From the IMG/VR virus record IMGVR_UViG_3300035670_002505, positions 1-12,085 of that record: a DNA stretch of 12,085 nucleotides. The stretch is one strand, 5' to 3'. The DNA comes from a virus. A model generated the notes under the pieces. It saw only the letters and a list, made by a program, of their open reading frames with translations, was not told the origin of the DNA and did not search any database. Below, piece by piece: positions 1 through 6,857 of the stretch; position 1 is the first letter of the stretch; every line of letters starts with the position of its first letter. A program made the position numbers and the translations under genes.

Positions 1-127
1 CGCACACGCACGCACGCACGCACGCACGCACACGCACGCACGCACACGCACGCACGCACGGGCACGGCGAGGGCCCAGAAGGGCCCGAGCCAGATGAGCG
101 ACTCTTAAGGGGGGAGGTAGGTGGGGG
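1..127. repeat. Left copy of an exact 127-bp direct terminal repeat (identical to 11959..12085). Closes the sequence into an 11,958-bp unit.
   Basis: Hand alignment of 1..127 against 11959..12085 found no mismatch. This includes the irregular CGCA/CA repeat (1..60) and the unique part ggcacggcgagggcccagaagggcccgagccagatgagcgactcttaaggggggaggtaggtggggg (61..127). Confidence 0.95.
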
Positions 128-131
128 GTGG
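109..131 (+). repeat. G-rich tract GGGGGGAGGTAGGTGGGGGGTGG (possible G-quadruplex or protein-binding tract).
   Basis: Two G6 runs and three GG runs within 23 nt, non-coding. It contains a GTAGGT core at 117..122. Confidence 0.5.
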
Positions 132-243
132 AGCCGAGCCGCGAAAAATTATATTTTTCCTAGGCTCTCCCTAAAACTCCGTAACCCTCCCGTTACTTTA
201 AGTCTTCTTTACTTAAATTCTTTTCGTAACTATCTAGTTTATA

Positions 244-257
244 GAAAAGTTTATATA
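244..257 (+). promoter_or_regulatory. Archaeal-type BRE/TATA promoter P1 (GAAAAG-TTTATATA) for the RHH-terminase operon.
   Basis: Same GAAAnn + T/A-rich octamer as at 2167, 6411, 7751 and 9652. Here 40 nt, including a (TA)8 tract, separate the TATA from ATG 298, versus 21 nt at the other four. Confidence 0.55.
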
Positions 258-268
258 TATATATATAT
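252..268. repeat. (TA)8 dinucleotide repeat inside an almost pure A/T stretch (250..297).
   Basis: tatatatatatatatat read directly. It lies between the P1 TATA and the first start codon. Confidence 0.9.
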
Positions 269-297
269 CATATATATTATAGATATTATATATAAAG

Positions 298-537
298 ATG
301 AAAATACAAAAATTATTGACGCTAGATCAAGAGATAGCAGAGGAACTAAGAAAAGAGGAGAATGCTTCTTTATTAGTTAATAACCTATTGAAAGAATATT
401 TTGAAAAGAAAGTTTATCAATTTATGAGCACTGAAGAATTAAAGAAACAAGTTAGAATTCTAGATATTAAAGCTAAATATGAAGCGGCAGCAGAAGCAGA
501 AATTAAATTACTAGAGGTTACAAATGGAGCAAAGTGA
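298..537 (+). CDS. Ribbon-helix-helix (CopG/Arc-like) DNA-binding protein with a coiled-coil tail. Candidate transcription regulator and/or small-terminase-like pac-recognition subunit.
   Basis: ATG 298, TGA stop. KLLTLD-QEIAEELRKEE-NAS-LLVNNLLKEYF fits a strand-helix-turn-helix RHH pattern, followed by a charged helical tail. It is the first gene after the non-coding island and lies upstream of terL. Confidence 0.6.
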   Translation: MKIQKLLTLDQEIAEELRKEENASLLVNNLLKEYFEKKVYQFMSTEELKKQVRILDIKAKYEAAAEAEIKLLEVTNGAK

Positions 538-742
538 AGAAAGAAGGCGTTTAATAGAGATGATTAGCCAAAGAGAGCATAAAGAAAAGAAGATAGACGA
601 GTTTGAGAAGGCTAGAATAGAAGCTATTAAGAAACACCCGCTTTATGAAGAAGCGGTTAAGTTTTGGGCGAGCCCAGAAGGCAAGAAGTCTATTAAGAAC
701 GCGCTCTTATCTAAGAATGAAAACGCCGACAGAAATCTCTGA
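524..742 (+). CDS. Hypothetical protein, 72 aa, highly charged and helical.
   Basis: ORF track. GAGGT lies ~6 nt upstream of the ATG. It overlaps the previous stop by 14 nt. No family recognised. Confidence 0.5.
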   Translation: MEQSEERRRLIEMISQREHKEKKIDEFEKARIEAIKKHPLYEEAVKFWASPEGKKSIKNALLSKNENADRNL

Positions 743-917
743 AATTTACGAAAAGGAGTTTCAAGACTTAATAGCTTTATATCCTCTGGAGCAGAGAGAA
801 AACTTAGTTAAATTTCATAATGCTTTAAATGAGATAGAGCATAAATTGGCGGAAGAATTAACAAAATGGAACAAGAAAAACAAAAATTCGATATTAATAA
901 ACCCTGGCTTACTTTAG
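717..917 (+). CDS. Hypothetical protein, ~66 aa (reading frame open from 645).
   Basis: Internal ATG at 717 (MKTPTEISEIYEKEF...). The 645 start would bury 98 nt inside the previous ORF. It overlaps the terL start by 52 nt. Start choice is uncertain. Confidence 0.4.
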   Translation: MKTPTEISEIYEKEFQDLIALYPLEQRENLVKFHNALNEIEHKLAEELTKWNKKNKNSILINPGLL

Positions 918-2164
918 ACGGGTGGCAACTCGAATATATTAGGGCTAAAGGTAACTGCTTCTTATTGTGTGGCCGTCAAGTAGGCAAATCAACAGCGGCA
1001 AGTATTAAGGCCGTAGAGTTAGCCGTTCATAAACACACTAAGGGAGAGGATATACTTATTATCGCTTATACAGAAAAGCAAGCCTATAACCTATTCTTTA
1101 AGGCTTTTAACTATGCTTCTATAAGATACCCGCATTTAATTAGTAAAAAAGCCAAAGAAAAGCCAACTAAGCACGAATTCGTTTTAAATGGCGTCAAAAT
1201 AATGTGTTACGCGGCTGGCCTAATGGGAGAAGGATTAAGAGGCCTAACTTTAAAGAAGATCATAATAGACGAGCCGAGATCTATGAATGATGAAGTCTTT
1301 ACCGCAGTCTTTCCTATGGTTAGCGTAACTGGCGGAAGTATTGATCTTCTCGGAACGCCTGGAGCTAAAGAGGGTTTTTTCTATATGTGCTCTTTAAGAG
1401 ACGATTTTCAAAAATTTTACGTTTCCGCGGAAGACTGCCCAAGGCACTCTAAGGAATTCCTAGAAGGCCAGAAAACCATTTTAACAGAGTTAAGATACGC
1501 GCAAGAATATCTAGCTATGTTTTTAGATGATATGAGAAGATTTTTTCCAGATGAGTGGATTAAAAAAGTATGTGTATTAAAGAGGCCGAATAGTTTTAAC
1601 AAAATAGGAAAGACATATCTAGGAGTAGATGTTGCTGGTTTAGGAGAAGATGAAATAACCTTCGAAGTTATACATAAATTGAATAAAGATCGTTTTGAGC
1701 AAGTAGAAAATATTATAGATAGAAAAAAATTAACAACTCAAACAACAGAAAAAATTTTACAATTACACGACGGATATAAATTCGATATGATCGGCGTAGA
1801 TGATGGCGGAGTAGGCTTCGGAGTATTCTCGGAATTACTAAGGGAGCCGAGAACTAGGGATAAGGTTAAAGCTCTTAATAATGCAAAAAGATTTTTATCT
1901 TCTGATAAAAAAGAAAAGAAGAAACTAATGAAAGAAGAAATGTATTATAGACTTTTATTGATGGGAGAACAAGGAAAAATAAAACTTCTAGACGATAGCA
2001 ATATAAAAAAATCTTTACAAAGCGTTTTAACCGAGGTAGTTATCCGAGAAGGGCGAGATAGTATTGAAAGGATTTACGGAGATGATACGCATATAGTAGA
2101 GGGTTTAATAAGAGCTAATTGGGTTTGCACGGAAGACGAGGGTTTAAGCTTATGGTGGCGATAA
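866..2164 (+). CDS. terL: Terminase large subunit (ATPase plus RNaseH-like nuclease).
   Basis: Walker A G-R-Q-V-G-K-S-T is encoded at 971..994. Walker B-like LKKIIIDE is present. Nuclease-domain acidic motifs are YLGVDVAGLGEDE, MIGVDDGGVG and GDDTHIVEG. Length is 432 aa. Confidence 0.93.
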   Translation: MEQEKQKFDINKPWLTLDGWQLEYIRAKGNCFLLCGRQVGKSTAASIKAVELAVHKHTKGEDILIIAYTEKQAYNLFFKAFNYASIRYPHLISKKAKEKPTKHEFVLNGVKIMCYAAGLMGEGLRGLTLKKIIIDEPRSMNDEVFTAVFPMVSVTGGSIDLLGTPGAKEGFFYMCSLRDDFQKFYVSAEDCPRHSKEFLEGQKTILTELRYAQEYLAMFLDDMRRFFPDEWIKKVCVLKRPNSFNKIGKTYLGVDVAGLGEDEITFEVIHKLNKDRFEQVENIIDRKKLTTQTTEKILQLHDGYKFDMIGVDDGGVGFGVFSELLREPRTRDKVKALNNAKRFLSSDKKEKKKLMKEEMYYRLLLMGEQGKIKLLDDSNIKKSLQSVLTEVVIREGRDSIERIYGDDTHIVEGLIRANWVCTEDEGLSLWWR

Positions 2165-2166
2165 AC

Positions 2167-2180
2167 GAAAGAATTAAATA
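2167..2180 (+). promoter_or_regulatory. Archaeal-type BRE/TATA promoter P2 (GAAAGA-ATTAAATA) for the portal/assembly operon.
   Basis: Starts 3 nt after the terL stop. The TATA ends exactly 21 nt before ATGG at 2202, the same spacing as at 6411, 7751 and 9652. Confidence 0.65.
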
Positions 2181-2201
2181 TAGGGATATACTTTAAAAAG
2201 G

Positions 2202-2333
2202 ATGGTAGATCTAAAAAAGATTAAGATAAAAGAAGAGGAGTTTGATGTTGAAGTAAGAGATTATATTTTTATTGAAACTATAAGAGAGTTAAGTAAATCT
2301 ATTGAGGCTCTGAGGTTAGCCAGCTTAAGATGA
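2202..2333 (+). CDS. Small hypothetical protein, 43 aa (not in the ORF track).
   Basis: MVDLKKIKIKEEEFDVEVRDYIFIETIRELSKSIEALRLASLR. The ATG sits at the conserved 21-nt distance from a BRE/TATA element. The stop overlaps the next start as ATGA. It fills an otherwise empty 165-nt gap. Confidence 0.5.
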   Translation: MVDLKKIKIKEEEFDVEVRDYIFIETIRELSKSIEALRLASLR

Positions 2334-2689
2334 GTTTTACTTTATGCACTAGCGCGGCAATAATTCAAAAAGCTGGTTATAATGTTTCCTCGACGACAGC
2401 AACAAGCGGAACTTTATTAGCTTCTTTTTGTGATCAAGCTGAAGCAACGTTATCTATGAAAACTAGATACGACTGGGTTACTAATTATGCTAGCGTTAAT
2501 GCAAATTTAAAACCTATGTTAGCCGACGCTACAAGCGATCTAGCTGCTATGAAGGTTATATCTTATGATCTAGGAAGATATACGGGCTTAGGTTATGCGA
2601 ACACTATGTTAAACGTATTGAAAAATAACTTCGATCAAATCGTAGTAGATTTAAGAGAAAAAACGTTTCAAGAGAAGGTGGTTTCATAA
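2330..2689 (+). CDS. Virion-associated hypothetical protein, 119 aa. Possibly a head-tail adaptor, by position only.
   Basis: ORF track. ATGA-coupled to the upstream ORF and TAATG-coupled to the downstream one. It lies between terL and the portal. Function is not established. Confidence 0.6.
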   Translation: MSFTLCTSAAIIQKAGYNVSSTTATSGTLLASFCDQAEATLSMKTRYDWVTNYASVNANLKPMLADATSDLAAMKVISYDLGRYTGLGYANTMLNVLKNNFDQIVVDLREKTFQEKVVS

Positions 2690-3336
2690 TGGCGCAGTTA
2701 CCTACATTTTTTAATGAAAGCGGACAAGTAGCTCTAGCTAATTATGATTTTACTGATATAGCTGAAGGAACTGGAAATAGAGTTTTTTATTGTTTTACTT
2801 CTAAGCCTGGCGGAACTTTAACTTATCACTTAGGGCAAAATGCGATCGAAGTCGGCGGAGTTTCTGGAGATACTACTGACGGAGCAACTGAAAGAAGATT
2901 TTTATTTTCTAGCAATACGGCAACTTTTAGTTTATCTGCTTTTAATACTCCTCAAATAATACAAGGAACAGCTTATCTTAACTTTACTATTGTAACTTTA
3001 GGCGGTTATGGTGGAACTGCTACTATAACAGCTTCTATTTTAAAGAACTCGACAACTTTAGCAACTACAACAGCAACAGCGCCGACTTCTGCAACTGCGG
3101 TAAGAACTTATAATTTATCTTTAACAATTACTCAAACAGATTTTGCCGTCGGAGATGTTTTAAAAGTAGCGTTTGCCGTTAATGAGAGCGGACACGTTTG
3201 CCTAGAGCACGATCCAACTAATAGAAGCGCGGGATCTTCTTGGCTTATAGGTGGTAAAACACACCCAGCCGTAGATGCAACAGAAAACCCAACTAAATGT
3301 TTAGCTTATATACCCTTTAAGCTTAATCTTAACTAA
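2689..3336 (+). CDS. Thr/Ser/Ala-rich beta-type structural protein, 215 aa, function unknown.
   Basis: AGGTGG lies ~8 nt upstream. TAATG junctions on both sides. Composition (TTLATTTATAPTSATAV, alternating hydrophobic pattern) suggests a beta-sandwich virion protein. Confidence 0.6.
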   Translation: MAQLPTFFNESGQVALANYDFTDIAEGTGNRVFYCFTSKPGGTLTYHLGQNAIEVGGVSGDTTDGATERRFLFSSNTATFSLSAFNTPQIIQGTAYLNFTIVTLGGYGGTATITASILKNSTTLATTTATAPTSATAVRTYNLSLTITQTDFAVGDVLKVAFAVNESGHVCLEHDPTNRSAGSSWLIGGKTHPAVDATENPTKCLAYIPFKLNLN

Positions 3337-4439
3337 TGGCTATCTTAGATCACACACAAGGAAGCGTAACAGATTACGAGAATAATCTAACAGCCACGTC
3401 TATAAATCCTCAAAATACGGACGGAATAACAGCGGGAAAGGAAACTATTTACTCTAATTCACTCTGGGCTCAACACTGGGGATATTTTAATTCTTGCCCA
3501 GAGTTAAAATCTGCGATACTTATGAAAGCTATTTGGAACGTTGGTAAAGGTTATACAACTGATCCAGAAACTCAAATTATTCTAGATCATATTTCTGGCT
3601 GGGGAAAAGATACCTTCGAGGATATTCTTTTCAATATGGACGTTATTAGAAAAGTGGGTAGGGATAGTATAGCTCAAATTATAAGAGATAAAGAAACTGG
3701 AACTTTAATAAATCTTAAACCTTTAGATCCAGCGAGTATAAGATGGGTTGTAGATGAAAAAGGCATTATTATCCGATACGAGCAATTCGCTAAAACTGGC
3801 GATACTACGGAAGTTAAGAGAACTTTTAAGCCAGATGAAATATTCCACTTATCAAATAATAGGTTGGCTGATCAAATACACGGGATTAGTGTTATCGAGA
3901 GCCTAGATAGCACGCTTCTAGCAGAACTAGAGAGTTTTACGGATACAACTAAGCTTATGCATAGACAAGCTAAGCCTTTTATAGTTTTTAAGCTTAAAAC
4001 GGACGATCCAGTTAAAATAAGCGCTTTTCAAACTAAAATTCAAAATATAAGAGATAAAACTGAAGATTTAATCATCCCGGACGACGAGAATATATTATCT
4101 TATGAAGTAGTAAGCGTTCCAGTTTCATCCGTTATCCTAGACTGGAGAAACGACGTAACAAAGAGATTTTATAGGGCTCTAGGAATGCCTTTAGTTATCT
4201 TCGGAAGCGCTAACTCAACAGAGAGCGGCGGCAAGATGGAGTATTTTGCACACGAACAAGTATTCGAGCACGAGCAGAGATACCTAGAGAAACAGATTTA
4301 TAATCAATTAGGCTTAAGGATTAACTTATATCCGCCTACTTCTATGGCTCCTCAATTAGCTCAAGACACGGCTAAAGATGGCGGAGCTCAACAATTAAAC
4401 ACCCAGCCTAGCGACGCTATAGCTGGACGAGGTAAGTAA
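3336..4439 (+). CDS. Portal protein.
   Basis: 367 aa. The layout resembles the HK97-type Phage_portal family: CPELKSAILMKAIWNVGKGY, then GRDSIAQIIRDKETGTLINLKPLDPASI, then FHLSNNRLADQIHGISVIESL, then QAKPFIVFKL, then FYRALGMPLVIFG. It is in the same operon as the assembly genes. By-eye match only. Confidence 0.75.
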   Translation: MAILDHTQGSVTDYENNLTATSINPQNTDGITAGKETIYSNSLWAQHWGYFNSCPELKSAILMKAIWNVGKGYTTDPETQIILDHISGWGKDTFEDILFNMDVIRKVGRDSIAQIIRDKETGTLINLKPLDPASIRWVVDEKGIIIRYEQFAKTGDTTEVKRTFKPDEIFHLSNNRLADQIHGISVIESLDSTLLAELESFTDTTKLMHRQAKPFIVFKLKTDDPVKISAFQTKIQNIRDKTEDLIIPDDENILSYEVVSVPVSSVILDWRNDVTKRFYRALGMPLVIFGSANSTESGGKMEYFAHEQVFEHEQRYLEKQIYNQLGLRINLYPPTSMAPQLAQDTAKDGGAQQLNTQPSDAIAGRGK

Positions 4440-5377
4440 TGGCTCGGCCAATACCAGTAAGAAAATCAACTTCTTATGATAAACAAAAAAAACAAGAAAG
4501 CCAACTAGTAAGAGATAAATTAACTGGTAAAGATGTTTTTAAAGAAAGTGGCCAGCCTTTAGTTCCAGAAGTAAAAATATATAGTAGGCCAACGGGAACG
4601 GATCCAAGTAAAAACGTAGATATAACAAATTTAAGCCCAGAAGAAAGAAAAGTTATTCAAGAAAAAAACGCGAGGGTTGGTAGAGTATTAGAGGGAGCAA
4701 GTAAAGCAGCTTCAGAAGGAGAAGCTAAAGACATAGCTATACAAGAGATATTAAGTAAAGAATTACCTCAAGAAGAAACTACTCCAATACCAGAACAAGC
4801 TCAAGTAGCACAACCAACCCAGAGATTAACGCCAGCCGGACAGCCTTTAACTGAATTTATTAAAGAGGCTTTTCTCGGAAAGACTGAAACTTCAACTGGA
4901 GAGCCTATTCTAGCGGGAACAGCGCCTATAATTACGGGCGCGGGAGTAACTTCTATATTGCCTTCAATAACTAAAGCGTTACCTTCTATAAAAACTCTAG
5001 ATATATCTAAAAAAGTTTTATCTTTTAAGAGTTTATTAACTCTGGGAGCCGTTGGAACTTCGATAAAATTAAGGGCTAATACTGCTCAAAATATTCTAGG
5101 ATCTTCTCTTACTAGAGCAGAACAGATATTTAAAGAAGTAGAAGCTGGAAGAGATTACACGGATGCTCAAATAGAACTAGAGGAAGTTTATAATAATATA
5201 AGACAAGCAGAAAATACGGCGACAGCTATGAGTAAAGTAGATTTATTCGGCTTCTTAGGATTAAAAGATACTTTAGTAAAATTCCAATATGCAAAGCCAG
5301 CGATAGAGAACTTTAATAACGACTTACTAGAAGCTAGACAAAAAGCACTTTTAACTAAATACGGACTTAGTCAATAA
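4439..5377 (+). CDS. Hypothetical virion protein, 312 aa. Possibly a minor head, internal or ejection protein.
   Basis: GAGGT upstream and TAATG junctions. Charged N-terminus, central Gly/Ala/Thr-rich hydrophobic segment (PILAGTAPIITGAGVTSILPSITKALPSI...LLTLGAVGTSI), helical C-terminus. It lies immediately after the portal. Confidence 0.6.
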   Translation: MARPIPVRKSTSYDKQKKQESQLVRDKLTGKDVFKESGQPLVPEVKIYSRPTGTDPSKNVDITNLSPEERKVIQEKNARVGRVLEGASKAASEGEAKDIAIQEILSKELPQEETTPIPEQAQVAQPTQRLTPAGQPLTEFIKEAFLGKTETSTGEPILAGTAPIITGAGVTSILPSITKALPSIKTLDISKKVLSFKSLLTLGAVGTSIKLRANTAQNILGSSLTRAEQIFKEVEAGRDYTDAQIELEEVYNNIRQAENTATAMSKVDLFGFLGLKDTLVKFQYAKPAIENFNNDLLEARQKALLTKYGLSQ

Positions 5378-5556
5378 TGTTCGAAGAAACTTTATTTCAA
5401 TACGGAATGGCGGGAATTTTTGTAGCTTATTTAATTTACGATAGACAATATATTATTAAAAATTTTATGAGGGAGTTTAGAGAAGCTTTAAATAGAAATA
5501 CAAGCGCAATAAATAAATTATTAGAAGGGGGTAAATATTGTGGAAGAAGAAAATAA
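5377..5556 (+). CDS. Small membrane protein, 59 aa, one predicted TM helix (not in the ORF track).
   Basis: MFEETLFQYGMAGIFVAYLIYDRQYIIKNFMREFREALNRNTSAINKLLEGGKYCGRRK. TAATG start. It overlaps the next GTG start by 17 nt. The architecture (N-terminal TM plus amphipathic helix) resembles small YvrJ/holin-like phage proteins. Confidence 0.45.
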   Translation: MFEETLFQYGMAGIFVAYLIYDRQYIIKNFMREFREALNRNTSAINKLLEGGKYCGRRK

Positions 5557-5782
5557 ACCAGTAGAACAGCCAGAGCCACAACAAGAGGTTAAGCCTATTG
5601 CTAACGTGGATATAATAGAAAAAGAGAACGCTAGACTAGAAGCAGCTATTGCTAAAAGACAAGAACTTATAAGTAAAATTCAATTAGCTGGAAGCGCTGA
5701 CGCTGGAAGTATTTATAAGACGCCAGAACAGCAACATAAAGAGTTCGTCGAGGCTGAAATAAGAAAACGTTTAACTGGATAA
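5540..5782 (+). CDS. Scaffolding-like protein, 80 aa.
   Basis: GTG start with a strong AGGGGGT 7 nt upstream. Acidic Pro/Glu/Gln-rich N-terminus then a coiled-coil segment (EKENARLEAAIAKRQELISK). It lies upstream of the capsid genes. The capsid protein lacks an obvious delta domain. Confidence 0.5.
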   Translation: MEEENKPVEQPEPQQEVKPIANVDIIEKENARLEAAIAKRQELISKIQLAGSADAGSIYKTPEQQHKEFVEAEIRKRLTG

Positions 5783-5783
5783 A

Positions 5784-6296
5784 ATGCACTTAAATTTATT
5801 TGTAAGAGGGAAATATGAACAGCTTAAGCTATGGGAGAACTTAGTTAGCTCGCAGTTTTGGGTTTTTCCTCGGAAGAATATGCAAACGGGAGAAACAGAG
5901 CCGACACTAGTTCAAGGATCTTTAAGATACTCTATTCTAGGAGCTTATGAATATATTTTTCCAGAATATTGCTTACCAGAAGTTTTATCTTTTTTTGGAA
6001 TTACTAATAAAGATTATACTGGAGCAAAGAGCAACGAGACTTTAAAACATAAATTTAAATTAGGATTTTTAAGGAAAATATTTGAATGTCAAGCAATACC
6101 TAAAAAAGCAATTAAGGAAGCTTCTAAGATAGAGCCGACGATAGCTCTAGGAAAGAGAGGAGTAAGCTCGGCGCAAATTTTAGGCGTTTCTATACATCCA
6201 ATAGGAATAAGGAAAGATATTTTTGGAGTAATGCCTAAAGATCCAAGCGGTAAGGATCCGTATAGGCAAGTAGATTACTACCAGGAGCTTTTATGA
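5784..6296 (+). CDS. Hypothetical protein, 170 aa.
   Basis: ORF track. Starts 1 nt after the previous stop. It occupies the slot where a prohead protease often sits, but I see no S78/ClpP-type motifs. Confidence 0.6.
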   Translation: MHLNLFVRGKYEQLKLWENLVSSQFWVFPRKNMQTGETEPTLVQGSLRYSILGAYEYIFPEYCLPEVLSFFGITNKDYTGAKSNETLKHKFKLGFLRKIFECQAIPKKAIKEASKIEPTIALGKRGVSSAQILGVSIHPIGIRKDIFGVMPKDPSGKDPYRQVDYYQELL

Positions 6297-6421
6297 TTAC
6301 CGAGCTAGGAATAATTTATTTATCTATTTTAGCGACGATAGGCCTAGTAGTTAAGATTTTTCAACTCTGGCGAGAAGGTAAGTTTAGTTATTCGTTTAAA
6401 CGAATAAAACGAAAAGTTTAA
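6293..6421 (+). CDS. Small membrane protein, 42 aa (not in the ORF track).
   Basis: MITELGIIYLSILATIGLVVKIFQLWREGKFSYSFKRIKRKV has one TM helix plus a basic tail. ATGA overlap with the upstream stop. Its 3' end carries the 20-bp palindrome and the BRE of the capsid promoter. Confidence 0.45.
   Translation: MITELGIIYLSILATIGLVVKIFQLWREGKFSYSFKRIKRKV
6388..6407. promoter_or_regulatory. Perfect 20-bp palindrome TTATTCG-TTTAAA-CGAATAA, 3 nt upstream of the capsid promoter BRE. Candidate operator.
   Basis: The sequence equals its own reverse complement (checked base by base). The same 7-nt arms with the same 6-nt spacing recur at 11728..11747. Confidence 0.6.
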
Positions 6422-6424
6422 ATA
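6411..6424 (+). promoter_or_regulatory. Archaeal-type BRE/TATA promoter P3 (GAAAAG-TTTAAATA) for the decoration and major capsid genes.
   Basis: The TATA ends exactly 21 nt before ATGG at 6446. There is no Shine-Dalgarno in between, which implies a leaderless mRNA. Confidence 0.7.
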
Positions 6425-6445
6425 GTAGCTATATCTATATTTCTT

Positions 6446-6856
6446 ATGGCTAACGAAGCAACAAAAATAAGATTATACGGAAACAACGGAGACGTTGCTG
6501 ATTTTACCATCGCTGATGGAACCGCTATTTCTGCTGGAGCATTATTAAAATTAACTGATCCAGATACAGCTATTATTTCTTCTGCTGCGAACGATGTTTG
6601 CGCTGGAATTGCTGCTTCAAGTAAAGAAGCTTCGGACGGATCCACAAGACTAGGCGTTTATACTAACGGAGACTTTAAGATGTATGCTAGCGGATCAATT
6701 ACAGCTGGACAAATGTTAGTCTCTGCTGCTGACGCTAATTTTCCTAACTACGTTAAAGCTCTTTTAACTGCTACGGCTTCTGGAGCTGCTATTATAGGTT
6801 ACGCTAAAGAGACGGCTTCGGCTGGAGAAACTTTTGTAGCGAGGATAAGATTATAA
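6446..6856 (+). CDS. Head decoration/cement-like protein (DUF2190-like).
   Basis: 136 aa, Ala/Gly/Ser-rich. The pattern (AISAGALLKL, VCAGIAASS, GDFKMYASGSITAGQMLV, AIIGYAKETASAGETFVARI) resembles DUF2190 proteins commonly found next to HK97-type capsid genes. By-eye match only. Confidence 0.55.
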   Translation: MANEATKIRLYGNNGDVADFTIADGTAISAGALLKLTDPDTAIISSAANDVCAGIAASSKEASDGSTRLGVYTNGDFKMYASGSITAGQMLVSAADANFPNYVKALLTATASGAAIIGYAKETASAGETFVARIRL

Positions 6857-6857
6857 A

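Noticed and set aside
1-127. Reading the 127-bp end repeat as a physical direct terminal repeat of the packaged DNA.
   Set aside because: 127 nt is exactly the largest default k-mer of commonly used de Bruijn assemblers. The overlap is more simply explained as the signature of a circular assembly path (circular, circularly permuted or concatemeric template). True termini cannot be inferred from this sequence alone.
143-156. Promoter-like GAAAAA-TTATATTT at 143..156, and a TTTATATA at 11624..11631 in the island, as drivers of small non-coding RNAs.
   Set aside because: No ORF or start codon follows at the canonical distance, and I cannot define a convincing transcript end or conserved fold from one sequence. 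Kept as a possibility under the island finding rather than called as ncRNA genes.
1417-1602. Minus-strand ORF of 61 aa inside terL. Similar minus-strand ORFs lie at 6418..6645, 6866..7120 and 7170..7361.
   Set aside because: All lie entirely antisense to well-supported + strand genes (terL, decoration protein, capsid protein). They have low-complexity or odd composition and no promoter or SD signals. They are typical shadow ORFs.
5487-5494. TTTAAATA octamer inside the 59-aa ORF as a sixth promoter, for the scaffold gene.
   Set aside because: It is preceded by AGAAGC rather than the GAAAnn BRE. It is not followed by an ATG at 21 nt; the next start is the SD-dependent GTG 46 nt downstream. Most likely a chance A/T-rich coding sequence, although an internal promoter cannot be excluded.
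5784-6296. Calling the 170-aa ORF a prohead protease because of its position between the scaffold and capsid genes.
   Set aside because: I see no HK97 S78-type or ClpP-type catalytic motifs. The capsid protein has no delta domain and a separate scaffold exists, so a protease is not required.
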